NCBI GenBank assembly: GCA_041666485.1
Contig: JBAYGW010000003.1
Span: forward strand, 16,415 to 80,414
Direction of reading: 5' to 3'
From: Patescibacteria group bacterium
Lineage (GTDB): Bacteria > Patescibacteriota > Patescibacteriia > UM-FILTER-42-10
Length of the DNA: 64,000 bases
The notes beneath the pieces are model-generated. The model searched no databases. It worked only from the letters and a program-made list of their open reading frames with translations, and was not told the DNA's origin. Of this stretch, positions 38,735-49,038 are shown one piece after another; positions within the stretch are counted from its first letter, which is position 1, and each line of letters opens with the position of its first letter. A program made the position numbers and the translations under genes.

Positions 38735-40558
38735 TCATTCCCATTCAATCGTCCCTGGCGGCTTGTTGGTGAAATCAAAAACAATCAAATCTATTTGTTT
38801 TATTCTTTTTAAGCGTCCGACAACCTGGTCAATAAAAGATCGGGACAACGGGAAATACTTGACCGTCATTGCTTCCTCCGATTGCACGGGGCGCAAAATT
38901 ACTGTGTAGCCGCCCGCAATGGAATATGGGGCCAGGATTACGGGAAATTGCCAGATTTTAGAATCCAGTCGGGCTTTTTTCATTTCAGACTGTACTATGT
39001 CGTCAATATTCTGCAGTAGAGCCACGTTTTTTTTCGTCAGCAGAAGTTTAATATTTTTTCCTCCGCTAATATCTTTTTTCCTGCTAAAAATCACCCAGCA
39101 CACCCGATTTACATTTTGAATCTGATTTGCCACGAGCGGACCGAGCTTTTGCATTTGAATAGTATTCATTTCTCCGGAGAAAACCGCGGGATGGGCGTAA
39201 GTCCGTTCATCGCCCTGAACGCCCACACTTCTGACCGGTAGTACCCAGCCTTTAATATCTGATTTGTTCTCATAATTGAACTGCGAGATTATTATATCCA
39301 AATCGGCATTTTCTTTCTTTACATTTACATGCACCTTATTTCCCCGGGAACAAATTATACGGATTGCCAACCCCGGACCGGGAAATGGATGACGATTGAT
39401 AATTTCTCCAGGCAAGCCGATCTGCTTGCCGAGCTGCCGTACTTCGTCTTTGTACAAGTCTTTCAAAGGCTCAATGACCAACCCGCGTTTTATTAATTCC
39501 AAAACTTCTTTTACCCGATTATGGTGTGTTTTTATTTTATCGGCGTGCTTCGTCCCGCCCGATTCAATTGTATCCGGATAAATAGTCCCCTGCGCCAGAA
39601 TCCATTCCTTTGGATTCAGTTTGAATTTCTTCATCGCAATTCTTTGAACATCCAGATACGTCCTGCCGATAATCTCGCGTTTGCGTTCCGGACTGATAAT
39701 ACCTTTTAACCTCTTATAGAATAGTACGGAAGCATCCATTACTTCCAGATTGGTAAACCCTAGTTTATTGAAACGTTTTTTTATTTCCTCTGATTCATTT
39801 TTTCTCATGAACCCCAGATCAATATGCAGACCAAACACCTTTTCTTTGCCCAAGATCCGATTCAGTAACCCGAAACATACGGCAGAATCAACTCCGCCGG
39901 AAACCAGCAAAAATACCTTGCGACTTCCTACTTTCCTAACTATCTCTTTTTCAATATCAGTTAAGTAATGTTTAATATCCCATTCCTTTTTAGCGCCGCA
40001 GATACTGAAAACAAAGTTATTAATTAATTCCATTCCACGTTCTGTATGTGATACTTCGGGGTGAAACTGGACTCCGTATATTTTCATTATGCTGTTTCCC
40101 ATCGCTGCTACCGGGCAATCAGCAGTCTTTGCCATGACTTTAAATCCCTTCGGCACATTTAATACAAGATCACCATGACTCATCCAAACCTGTTCGTTTG
40201 CACCAAATTTCCTGAACAGCTTGCCGGGTTCAATTACTGACAGGTTGGCAAAACCATATTCTCTCACATCACCCCTGACTACTTTTCCGCCCATTAGATA
40301 GGTGATCAGTTGGTGACCATAGCAAACACCTAGGATTGGTACGCCGCTTTTCAGTATTCTCCGGTCAAATTTTATTTTCCCGTCATAAACGCTGTTTGGT
40401 CCGCCGGACAGGATTATTCCCCAGGACGACCTTAATTCTTCAAGTGGCGTTTCGGGATTGTAAATATTAGCTAAAACACCAAGTTGCCGGATTCTGCGTG
40501 CAATCAGGTGGGTATATTGTGAACCAAAATCCAGAATTGTTATGTGTTTTTGTTTCAT
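38735..40558 (-). CDS. guaA: GMP synthase (glutamine-hydrolysing)
   Basis: 607 aa; class-I GATase N-terminus, SGGVDSAV PP-loop, C-terminal ...PPGTIEWE. Confidence 0.9.
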   Translation of the reverse strand: MKQKHITILDFGSQYTHLIARRIRQLGVLANIYNPETPLEELRSSWGIILSGGPNSVYDGKIKFDRRILKSGVPILGVCYGHQLITYLMGGKVVRGDVREYGFANLSVIEPGKLFRKFGANEQVWMSHGDLVLNVPKGFKVMAKTADCPVAAMGNSIMKIYGVQFHPEVSHTERGMELINNFVFSICGAKKEWDIKHYLTDIEKEIVRKVGSRKVFLLVSGGVDSAVCFGLLNRILGKEKVFGLHIDLGFMRKNESEEIKKRFNKLGFTNLEVMDASVLFYKRLKGIISPERKREIIGRTYLDVQRIAMKKFKLNPKEWILAQGTIYPDTIESGGTKHADKIKTHHNRVKEVLELIKRGLVIEPLKDLYKDEVRQLGKQIGLPGEIINRHPFPGPGLAIRIICSRGNKVHVNVKKENADLDIIISQFNYENKSDIKGWVLPVRSVGVQGDERTYAHPAVFSGEMNTIQMQKLGPLVANQIQNVNRVCWVIFSRKKDISGGKNIKLLLTKKNVALLQNIDDIVQSEMKKARLDSKIWQFPVILAPYSIAGGYTVILRPVQSEEAMTVKYFPLSRSFIDQVVGRLKRIKQIDLIVFDFTNKPPGTIEWE

Positions 40559-40603
40559 ACTTGTCTTTATTGTAAAATATACTTACAATTAAAACAACAT
40601 TTT

Positions 40604-40705
40604 AACCCTAATCCCTTGTCCCTACTACCTAACTTCGCATATTACCAGGTAGAGATTACGAATTACCAAATTGCCAATTACTAATTACTAGTTCCTAAAC
40701 CCTAA
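40604..40705. repeat. CCCTAA / AATTAC low-complexity repeats in guaA-guaB divergent intergenic region
   Basis: accctaatcccttgtccctactacctaact...attacgaattaccaaattgccaattactaattactagttcctaaaccctaaa. Confidence 0.4.
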
Positions 40706-40711
40706 AAAAAT

Positions 40712-42187
40712 ATGTTTACCCAGTTTGAAGAAACATTAACATTTGATGATGTATTGTTAGTTCCGCAAAAGTCATCAATTCTTCCGAATGAAACCGAGAT
40801 TAAAACCAGGCTGACACGCAGGATAAATTTAAATATTCCATTAATCTCATCCCCGATGGACACTGTAACCGAACACCGGCTGGCGATCGCCCTGGCACTG
40901 CACGGCGGAATCGGGATAATTCATAAAAATATGCCTGCCGACAAACAGGCGCAGGAAGTAAGTTTTGTAAAAAGATTTGAAAACGGCTTTATTGAAAATC
41001 CTGCCACACTGCAGCCGGAAGATCCGATTGATGACGCGGCGGAAATTAGAGACAAAAAAGGATACAAAAAAATTCCGATTGTTGATAAAAACAACAAGCT
41101 GGTGGGAATGATTACCGAGCAGGATTATTTCGTGCCCGACGATTTGAAACTGCCGATAAAATTTAAAATGAAACGTTTGAATGAAATTGTGGTCGCTAAG
41201 CACGGCATCACCCTCCAACAAGCAAATAAAATTATTAGGGAGAAAAAGCTCACCGCATTGCCGATCGTTAATAAGCAGGGAAAACTGGTTAGTATGGTTA
41301 CCAGAAAAGATTTGGAAAAAAACGAGCAGCACCCCAATGCCTGCAAGGATGATAAAAAACAACTGCGGGTCGGTGCCGCTATTTCCGTCGGCCCGGAAGC
41401 TCTGGAACGCGCCAAATATTTGGTTGCCGCCGGAGTAGATGTATTGGTCGTTGATACCGCTCACGGCCATACTAAGGGCGTATTGGATACGGTAAGAGCG
41501 CTGAAAAAAAATAAATTGTTTTCTAATATTGATATCATCGCCGGGAATGTCGCAACAGAAGAAGGAACCAGAGATCTGATCAGGGCTGGTGCGGACGCTG
41601 TAAAGGTAGGGGTCGGGCCGGGATCAATCTGTACCACCAGAGTAATTGCGGGGATCGGTGTACCACAAATCAGCGCGATTCTGGCGGCGGTAAAAGGCCG
41701 GGGTAAATCCAATATTCCCATTATTGCTGACGGCGGTATCCGATACTCAGGCGATATAGTAAAAGCACTTGGTGCTAAAGCGGATTCCGTAATGATCGGC
41801 AGTCTTTTTGCCGGTTGTGAAGAAACACCAGGTGAAATAGAGTATGAAGGTGGCAAAATGTATAAATCCTACCGCGGGATGGGTTCAAAAGAAGCCATGA
41901 TCCACGGATCCAAAGACCGTTACGGACAGGGAGAGCAAAAAGACAGTGAAAAACTGGTGCCGGAAGGTGTATCAGCCAGGGTTATTTATAAAGGGCTGGT
42001 TTCAAGACACATATATCAGTTGATCGGCGGGATTAGATCCGGTATGGGTTATATCGGCTCTAAAACAATTTCGGAGTTGCACAGGAAAGCAAGATTTATT
42101 AAAATCAGCTCTGCGGGACTGCGAGAAAGTCATCCACATGATGTAACAATTACAAAACAGCCGCCAAATTATCATTCGGAAAAATAA
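40712..42187 (+). CDS. guaB: IMP dehydrogenase
   Basis: 491 aa; GIGIIHKNM, tandem CBS, catalytic GSICTT loop, GGIRYSGDI. Confidence 0.9.
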   Translation: MFTQFEETLTFDDVLLVPQKSSILPNETEIKTRLTRRINLNIPLISSPMDTVTEHRLAIALALHGGIGIIHKNMPADKQAQEVSFVKRFENGFIENPATLQPEDPIDDAAEIRDKKGYKKIPIVDKNNKLVGMITEQDYFVPDDLKLPIKFKMKRLNEIVVAKHGITLQQANKIIREKKLTALPIVNKQGKLVSMVTRKDLEKNEQHPNACKDDKKQLRVGAAISVGPEALERAKYLVAAGVDVLVVDTAHGHTKGVLDTVRALKKNKLFSNIDIIAGNVATEEGTRDLIRAGADAVKVGVGPGSICTTRVIAGIGVPQISAILAAVKGRGKSNIPIIADGGIRYSGDIVKALGAKADSVMIGSLFAGCEETPGEIEYEGGKMYKSYRGMGSKEAMIHGSKDRYGQGEQKDSEKLVPEGVSARVIYKGLVSRHIYQLIGGIRSGMGYIGSKTISELHRKARFIKISSAGLRESHPHDVTITKQPPNYHSEK

Positions 42188-42231
42188 TAAACAAAAGACG
42201 GATTTCACATCCGTCTTTTTAATTCGCTCTA

Positions 42232-43668
42232 TTAAATTCTTTTTCTCAACTTCATGTGCGCCTGTTGCAACTGCGTCAAAAGACTCGTTTCGTTGATAAA
42301 ATTATGCTTACGATTAGAAATAACAAAATTCCCGTTAATCATCAGATCCCTGATATTTCTACCCCCATACGTAATCATATTACTGACCAATGTCTTCGGG
42401 TCATTTGAATTGTACGGTAAGAATCCGCGATCCTGCAGTTTCCAGAACGCGATATCCGCCCGATATCCCGGCAGTATTTTGCCGACTTTTGGCAATCCCA
42501 ACAGTTTCGCACCTTGTGCAGTAATCATATTGAATAAATCACTATAGGGAACGATTTTTTTGTTTTGATGCATCGTTTTAGTCTGTAGCGCTTCCGTAAG
42601 CAAATCCAGCCTGTTTTTACTGACCACGCTGTCCGTTCCCAAGGCAATCTGTTTGGTTGCTTTAATCTTATGAAATAACGGATAATCAAACTGACCGCTA
42701 CGGTGCAGAAGATTGGATGTCGGCAGATGCACAACCCCGACCCTTCTTTTCTGAATTAATTCTACATCTTCCCTGCCCACATGCACGACATGCGACATCA
42801 TGGTCCTGGGATTTAATAGTCCAAACCGATCCAATACTTTCACCGGATGTTCTCCAAATTTTTTCATTGACTTCTCCAATGACTCCTTAGTTTCCGCGAC
42901 ATGGATCGTAAACAATGCATTATACTTTTTCTGAAGCAATCTAACTTTTTTAAAAATTGCCGGCGATGCCTTGTGCGGTTCATGGATCGCAATTGCGGGC
43001 TCCGTATGATATTTTGCTTTATTCTTCAGATATCTTTCAACCATTGCCGGAGTATTTTCCGGATGCGAGTTGCTCACCGCACTGACAGCATTAATCACTT
43101 CATGACCGGTTAGTTTTCCCGCATCGTCAATCGGTTCAAACACTCCATAGTGGCTAAGCGTTGTTGATATGCCGAACTTTTGTTGTTCAGTAAAATCCCC
43201 TACTGCCCCCAGAAAAAAATCGTCCTCAGTCATTTTCCCTTCTAACCTTGCCATACCTTTCAGTGTCTTTTCTAAATTCGCTTCGGAAAATGTTAATGTG
43301 GATCTGAGTAGATACATCGGGGGATGTGCGTGTGCATTAACTAACCCGGGGGTAACAACTATTCCACCGCCGAGCTCGGCATCATAAATTAGGTCAATCT
43401 CGGTTAAATCAACAAAAGATAATTCAGTTGCTTTTAATACTTTTACTATCACTCCATCCTCAATCAGAATTGATCGTCCGGATACAACCTCTAATTTTTC
43501 ATTCTCATTGATGGTAATTAAAAAGGGAATTCCGTGAATTAGAATTTTTCTCGGATTCCCTTCGCGCAACAAAGTATACCTGTTTTTCCCTTTCTGGCCA
43601 GCAGCAAAATTAATATCTTTCTGCCGATATTCAATCTCGCTTTTAAGTTCGGAAAACTCGTTTCTCAT
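42232..43668 (-). CDS. amidohydrolase-family metal-dependent deaminase/hydrolase (guanine or MTA/SAH deaminase-like)
   Basis: TPGLVNAHAH metal-binding motif; start set to MRNEF because longer ORF overlaps queG 3' end. Confidence 0.65.
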   Translation of the reverse strand: MRNEFSELKSEIEYRQKDINFAAGQKGKNRYTLLREGNPRKILIHGIPFLITINENEKLEVVSGRSILIEDGVIVKVLKATELSFVDLTEIDLIYDAELGGGIVVTPGLVNAHAHPPMYLLRSTLTFSEANLEKTLKGMARLEGKMTEDDFFLGAVGDFTEQQKFGISTTLSHYGVFEPIDDAGKLTGHEVINAVSAVSNSHPENTPAMVERYLKNKAKYHTEPAIAIHEPHKASPAIFKKVRLLQKKYNALFTIHVAETKESLEKSMKKFGEHPVKVLDRFGLLNPRTMMSHVVHVGREDVELIQKRRVGVVHLPTSNLLHRSGQFDYPLFHKIKATKQIALGTDSVVSKNRLDLLTEALQTKTMHQNKKIVPYSDLFNMITAQGAKLLGLPKVGKILPGYRADIAFWKLQDRGFLPYNSNDPKTLVSNMITYGGRNIRDLMINGNFVISNRKHNFINETSLLTQLQQAHMKLRKRI

Positions 43669-43678
43669 TTGCTTGATA

Positions 43679-44713
43679 TTATAACAGGATTTGCTTTTTT
43701 GCCCAAATTGCGTGAGCTGCGACCATTTCATCCTCATTTTTAATTAATAGCTCAATGGAAGGTAGCGCTTCCACACTCCCCCAATTCCCCAGGGCAACCG
43801 CTACATTTCTCATGAATCCGCGATATTTTGTTCTCTTTATCGGGCTGTTTTTGAATCTAGCCATAAAATCCTCTGCAGATAATTTTGCCAAATCTACTAG
43901 AGACGGGGCGATTAAATCTTCATGGGCAGTAAATTCTTGAAATGACGTTGGTAATGATTTGCTGTTCCAAGGGCAAACCTCCTGACAAATATCACAGCCG
44001 TAAATTCTATTTTTCATAAGCTTGCGAAATTCTACTGGTATTTCATTTTTTAATTCTATCGTAAGATATGAAATACAACGCCTAGCATCAAGCACCTTGT
44101 TTGCCACCAACGCTCCGGTAGGACAGCTCTTTCTGCATCGCTGGCAGGTTCCGCATGATCCAATCAGTTTATTTACATAACTGTCTAATTCTATATCTAT
44201 TAATATCTCACCCAGAAATATATATGAACCGGTTCTGTAATTTATCAAATTAGTGTTGTTGCCAGTAAATCCTAATCCTGCGCGCTCAGCAAACTCCCTT
44301 TCCAAAAAAGGCCCCGTATCAACATACATCTTTGCGCTGACATTTTTTTTCATCACAACTGAAATGGCTTCAACATATTTTTCCAGTCTCGTTTTAACTA
44401 TCTTGTGATAGTCGTCAAACCACGCATAGCGGGCAATGATTCCTCTTGAAGGATCATTTAGTAATTCAGCCGGGATATCCTGCGTAAAATAACTTACCCC
44501 AACCATAATAATTGATTTTGCTTGGGGAAATATTTTTCTCGGATCTTCGCGTTTTTCCTGGCCGCGCCGGATCCAATCCATATCCCCCGCCATTCCTAAG
44601 CTTATCCACTGGTCAAGTTGACGTTTTTGTTTGCTGGGCTGTACCGGTATTATTCCAAGCAAATCAAAACCTAGTTTTTTTCCGGCATTATGAATACTGC
44701 GAGTAATTTCCAT
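43679..44713 (-). CDS. queG: epoxyqueuosine reductase
   Basis: 344 aa; two 4Fe-4S motifs CGTCQRCRKSCP and CDICQEVCPWN; C-terminal HEAT-like. Confidence 0.85.
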   Translation of the reverse strand: MEITRSIHNAGKKLGFDLLGIIPVQPSKQKRQLDQWISLGMAGDMDWIRRGQEKREDPRKIFPQAKSIIMVGVSYFTQDIPAELLNDPSRGIIARYAWFDDYHKIVKTRLEKYVEAISVVMKKNVSAKMYVDTGPFLEREFAERAGLGFTGNNTNLINYRTGSYIFLGEILIDIELDSYVNKLIGSCGTCQRCRKSCPTGALVANKVLDARRCISYLTIELKNEIPVEFRKLMKNRIYGCDICQEVCPWNSKSLPTSFQEFTAHEDLIAPSLVDLAKLSAEDFMARFKNSPIKRTKYRGFMRNVAVALGNWGSVEALPSIELLIKNEDEMVAAHAIWAKKQILL

Positions 44714-44844
44714 ATGAATATTTTAGCAATTAATGGGATATTAGCACAATTGAATTGACACCCGTCAAATTTGAGCCTAAACTCTATATGGCCTGAAAAG
44801 CCATTTGTTCATTGTCACCGGCTCAACACCAGAAAGGAGCAGAC

Positions 44845-45267
44845 ATGGACTTGAAAAAAGTCCGGCAAATAGTCAGCCTGCTCCAAGAGCATCCAACTAT
44901 TGCCGAGCTGGAAGTAAGGAACACGATGGGATTTGAAAAAATCCTGATCCGGAGGTCTCCTCCGATCATCCCCGAGAGTCAGACACAAGCAACAGTTGTA
45001 CTGGCACGACCGACCTTTTTCATCACCGCTCCGGATGTCGGATGGTACCTGGCCGCTGCCGATCTGGAGAAAAATCCGCCGCTTACCAAGGGCAGTTTTG
45101 TTTCCCAGGGCGAAATCGTGGGTTACATTGAAAACCACGGAATTCGGAATGAAGTCGTTGCGGAATTCGCCGGGACAGTCATGCATGTACATGCTGAAAC
45201 CGGTAAACCGGTGGAGTACGACCAGAAGCTGTACACAATCTTACTTTCCGAACCTTCCAGATGCTAA
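44845..45267 (+). CDS. biotin carboxyl carrier protein-like, lacking the biotinyl-lysine (EAMKM replaced by ENHGI)
   Basis: aligns with AccB C-terminal domain (VSQGEIVGYIENHGIRNEVVAEFAGTV...GKPVEYDQKLYTI); about 50% GC; AAAGGAG SD. Confidence 0.5.
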   Translation: MDLKKVRQIVSLLQEHPTIAELEVRNTMGFEKILIRRSPPIIPESQTQATVVLARPTFFITAPDVGWYLAAADLEKNPPLTKGSFVSQGEIVGYIENHGIRNEVVAEFAGTVMHVHAETGKPVEYDQKLYTILLSEPSRC

Positions 45268-45364
45268 TTACCTGCTCATTTCGTCAAGCGCAATGCTTGA
45301 TGTTTTTTTTAATTCCAATATGCGATATAATAGCTTAAACAAGATATTACACGTATAATATAAA

Positions 45365-46486
45365 ATGATTAAAGCCATCATATTTGATTTCGGGAACGTT
45401 ATAGCCAGTTTTGACAATGGTTTATTTTTGAAAAAAATTTCCAAATATACCAGTAAATCTATTGACAAGTTGTATGAACTAATCTATAAAAAATCAAAAC
45501 TGCCAAGCCAATACGAACAGGGAAAAATTAACTCCGATGAATTTTACAACCAAGTTGTAAAACTATGTGATCTGAAAATCAGTCAGATACAATTTAGAGA
45601 CGCCTATACTCAGATATTCACACCGATTCCGGAAACAATTGAGCTGATTAATGCACTTAAGCCAAATTATAAGCTGGGGCTTTTATCCAGCACCAGCGAG
45701 TGGGATTTTGAATTTGGATTCAAACCGCTAATTGATGTGTCTATTTTTGATTCAATTACATTAACCTATCAGCTAGGAATTAAAAAACCGGATCCGAAAT
45801 TATTTCACGATGCTTTAAATAAACTGAGTGTTGCCCCAAACGAAACTGCCTATATTGATGATCTCCCGGAAACAATTGAAGTAGCCAATAATCTGGGTAT
45901 TCATGGAATATTATTTACCGGTAATGACACCCTGCAAGCATCACTGCATAAACTGGGGGTTGAAGTTAATAATACCTACCGCCCGAATTATGTGCAAAAA
46001 GTTACGATAGCTGACGAGAATGACAAAAAAATTGGATACAAATACCGGGATCAAATCACAGAGACAGATATTTTTCGGGCGACCGGCTTGTGGATTACCA
46101 ATTCAAAAGGCGAAATACTTTTAGCCCGAAGAGCACTGTCAAAAAAAATGCATCCGGGATTATGGAGTACCGCCGTTGCCGGAACAGTTGAAGAAGATGA
46201 AACATACGAACAAAATGTAATCAAAGAAGCTGAAGAGGAACTTGGTATCGTTGGCGAAACTTTTATTCCGTATGAAAAAACCAGAATCCGAGGAAAACAC
46301 AATTTCTTCATCCAATGGTACACTTTAGTCATAAATAAAAAAGCTGAGGAATTCATGTTGCAACCAGAGGAAGTGGTTGAAGTAAAATGGTTCAAAAAAT
46401 CCGAGCTAAAATTGTTGCTGAAAGAAAAACCGGAAATATTTACGTCTTCGCTGCCTCAGTGGGTATCTTTATTCCTGGCGAAATAG
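45365..46486 (+). CDS. HAD-like hydrolase / NUDIX hydrolase fusion protein
   Basis: N-terminus IIFDFGNV (HAD motif I), C-terminal Nudix box GLWSTAVAGTVEEDETYEQNVIKEAEEELGI. Confidence 0.65.
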   Translation: MIKAIIFDFGNVIASFDNGLFLKKISKYTSKSIDKLYELIYKKSKLPSQYEQGKINSDEFYNQVVKLCDLKISQIQFRDAYTQIFTPIPETIELINALKPNYKLGLLSSTSEWDFEFGFKPLIDVSIFDSITLTYQLGIKKPDPKLFHDALNKLSVAPNETAYIDDLPETIEVANNLGIHGILFTGNDTLQASLHKLGVEVNNTYRPNYVQKVTIADENDKKIGYKYRDQITETDIFRATGLWITNSKGEILLARRALSKKMHPGLWSTAVAGTVEEDETYEQNVIKEAEEELGIVGETFIPYEKTRIRGKHNFFIQWYTLVINKKAEEFMLQPEEVVEVKWFKKSELKLLLKEKPEIFTSSLPQWVSLFLAK

Positions 46487-46499
46487 ATTTGTACTATTG

Positions 46500-47420
46500 T
46501 TATATTTTTTTTGGAAACAGAATAGACAGGATAATTGAAGCAAAAAGCGCGAGCATAATGATGCCAAATGAGATTAATGACGATATATGGACACCAAATA
46601 TCCCAGAAAGCATTTTCAATCCGATAAACAACAGAATAAATGCCAAACCTTTCTGCAGATGATGAAAACGATGGAGTACGCTTTCAATCAGGAAGAATAA
46701 TGCTCTCAACCCCAGAATTGCAAAAATGTTTGAAGTGAATACAATAAAGAAATTTTGGGAAATAGCAAAGACCGCTGGAATTGAATCCACCGCAAAAAGG
46801 ATATCCGTCGCCTCAATCAATATCATTATTAAAAATAGCGAGGTAAACACAAACTTTCCATTTTCACGGTAAAAAAACTTTCCACTATGGTGGTTTACGG
46901 TAAATGGCAAATACTTTCGGGCAATTTTGATTATTCTATTATTATTAAAATCAACGTGCTCCTCTTTTTTCTCACGCAAAAGTTTAAAGCCGGTAAATAA
47001 TAATACCGCGCCAAAAATATACAACACCCAGTAAAATTGGTGAATAATATACGCTCCCACCCCGATAAAAATTCCGCGGAAAACAATTGCCCCCATTATG
47101 CCCCAGAACAAAACCCGGTGATGGTATTTTTCTTCTAATTTGAAATAACTGAAAATCAGCATCATCACAAACAGATTGTCAACGGACAACATTTTTTCCG
47201 TTACGTATGCGCTCATAAACTGGGCCGCCAGTTCATTACCCATATACAGAAGAATCAAAAAGCCGAACATTACGGAAATCAATATCCAAAATATTGATTG
47301 ATACAATGCCGGTTTGAATTCAATTCTATGGCTTCTCCGGTTAAAGAATCCAAGATCAACTATCATAAACAAAGTTACAATTATCCCGAAGAGAATAAAC
47401 AGTTTAGCTTGTATATCCAT
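46500..47420 (-). CDS. TerC family integral membrane protein
   Basis: 306 aa; 8-9 TM, TerC-like. Confidence 0.75.
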   Translation of the reverse strand: MDIQAKLFILFGIIVTLFMIVDLGFFNRRSHRIEFKPALYQSIFWILISVMFGFLILLYMGNELAAQFMSAYVTEKMLSVDNLFVMMLIFSYFKLEEKYHHRVLFWGIMGAIVFRGIFIGVGAYIIHQFYWVLYIFGAVLLFTGFKLLREKKEEHVDFNNNRIIKIARKYLPFTVNHHSGKFFYRENGKFVFTSLFLIMILIEATDILFAVDSIPAVFAISQNFFIVFTSNIFAILGLRALFFLIESVLHRFHHLQKGLAFILLFIGLKMLSGIFGVHISSLISFGIIMLALFASIILSILFPKKI

Positions 47421-47451
47421 AACAGCTGGTGCTTTATTATTTAAATCGTCT

Positions 47452-47478
47452 CATAAAAAAACCGGCATTCGGCCGGTT
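47452..47478 (-). terminator. intrinsic terminator AACCGGC-attc-GCCGGTT + T-run (minus strand)
   Basis: hairpin followed on minus strand by TTTTTTATG. Confidence 0.45.
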
Positions 47479-47614
47479 ATAATTAATGCTAGTTCACTGT
47501 TCCAAAGCGCCCTCTTGTGGAAGGACCTTTTGCTTTTTCACTCCCTAGCATTCAAGGCATATTAATAATATCAAACAAATCACTAGAATGCAAACCTACT
47601 CAAAATACTTTTTG

Positions 47615-48250
47615 CTATTTTTTCTTTTTTGCCTTCGGTTTAGCTTTTACCGCCTTTATTACCTTCTTCTTAACTTCTGCTTTTACAGAAACCTTCTTCT
47701 TTATTTCGGGCTTAGAAACAGGTTTTACTTTTTCTTGTAATACTTCTGGCTCTGCTGCCGATAACTGCCGCAATATTTTATCTAATTTTTCATTAATTGT
47801 TTTTAACTGGCCGTCAAATCGCCCGCTATTGGCATCGCTTGGTTTTCGGTCAGCACTTCTCGGATCCTTCCCAAAACAGCTGGAACACAATACGGGCTTT
47901 TCTCCGGTAGGACGAAAAGGAACTTCACAGCTCTGCCCGCACTTGGAACAGGTAGCACTGAACATTTTTTTCTCATAAAAATTCGGCTTGCCGAAATCCC
48001 TGCCAAAAGAACGACCGGAACTTGATTTATCCTTTGCTTTGAAGCAGTTACTGCAATAAACCGGCTTGTTTCCCGTCGGTTTAAACGGAACTTCACAGCT
48101 TTGCCCGCATTCCGAACAGACAGCTTTATGCATTACATGATGGTCCGAGTCACCTCCCCGGTTATAACCGCCGCTCATAGATTCTCTGCGGTCAAAACTA
48201 GGACCGTTTTTTCGGTCAAATGATTTTCCGTTTCTGTTAAAGTTTTTCAT
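47615..48250 (-). CDS. double zinc-ribbon protein with RG-rich N-terminus and lysine-rich C-terminal tail
   Basis: two copies of C..CGQSCEVPF.PTG.KPV.CS.CF; C-terminal KKVSVKAEVKKKVIKAVKAKPKAKKKK. Confidence 0.5.
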   Translation of the reverse strand: MKNFNRNGKSFDRKNGPSFDRRESMSGGYNRGGDSDHHVMHKAVCSECGQSCEVPFKPTGNKPVYCSNCFKAKDKSSSGRSFGRDFGKPNFYEKKMFSATCSKCGQSCEVPFRPTGEKPVLCSSCFGKDPRSADRKPSDANSGRFDGQLKTINEKLDKILRQLSAAEPEVLQEKVKPVSKPEIKKKVSVKAEVKKKVIKAVKAKPKAKKKK

Positions 48251-48366
48251 AAAAATTTTATAATAATTAATGCGGGTTAAGTCTAGCTGTTTAAGTCATA
48301 AATAGCAAGCTTTTCATTAACATTTTTACGCTTTTGTGCTATAATTACAATAATTACGGAATTATT

Positions 48367-49038
48367 ATGGATCAGAAAGTGATTATCTCGATTAGAAATA
48401 TCGAGAAAACATATAACCTTGGCGAAATAAAGGTTAAAGCACTGAGAAAAATCTCCTTAGATATTCAAGAAGGAGAATTTTTGATTATTACCGGCAGAAA
48501 CGGATCCGGCAAGTCCACCCTGCTCCGACAAATCGGCCTTTTAGACTGGCCGAACCGCGGTCAAATATTTCTGGACGGAGATGAAGTCACCCATTTGAAG
48601 GAAAAACACCGCAGAAAAATCCGCCACAAAAAAATCGGTTATATTTTTCAGGAATACGCTTTGATTCCGGAATTAAACGCAATTGAAAATGTAATGCTCC
48701 CCGCCATGCTGATTGAACCGACAAAATCCTGCAAACCGAGAGCAATTGATTTACTGAAAAAGGTCGGGCTGGAAAATCGGCTCAGGCATCAGCCGAAACA
48801 GATGTCCGGCGGTGAACAGCAGAAGGTAGCCATTGCCCGCGCGCTGATTAATAACCCAAAAATACTTTTCGCTGACGAACCGACCGCAAATCTTGATTCA
48901 ATAGCGGCGGGTGGAATTCTGGAAATATTTGAACGACTACATGCTGAGGGCCATACAATTGTAATGATTTCTCACGAGCAGGATGAAAAAAGCTACGCAA
49001 GCAGGATTATTGAATTAAGAGACGGGGTATTATTATGA
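48367..49038 (+). CDS. ABC transporter ATP-binding protein
   Basis: GRNGSGKST Walker A, MSGGEQQKVAIARAL signature, LFADEPT Walker B. Confidence 0.85.
   Translation: MDQKVIISIRNIEKTYNLGEIKVKALRKISLDIQEGEFLIITGRNGSGKSTLLRQIGLLDWPNRGQIFLDGDEVTHLKEKHRRKIRHKKIGYIFQEYALIPELNAIENVMLPAMLIEPTKSCKPRAIDLLKKVGLENRLRHQPKQMSGGEQQKVAIARALINNPKILFADEPTANLDSIAAGGILEIFERLHAEGHTIVMISHEQDEKSYASRIIELRDGVLL

Noticed and set aside
42232-43737. Longer 501-aa start for the amidohydrolase
   Set aside because: The first 23 codons overlap the queG stop region; the internal Met at 43668 gives a non-overlapping gene.
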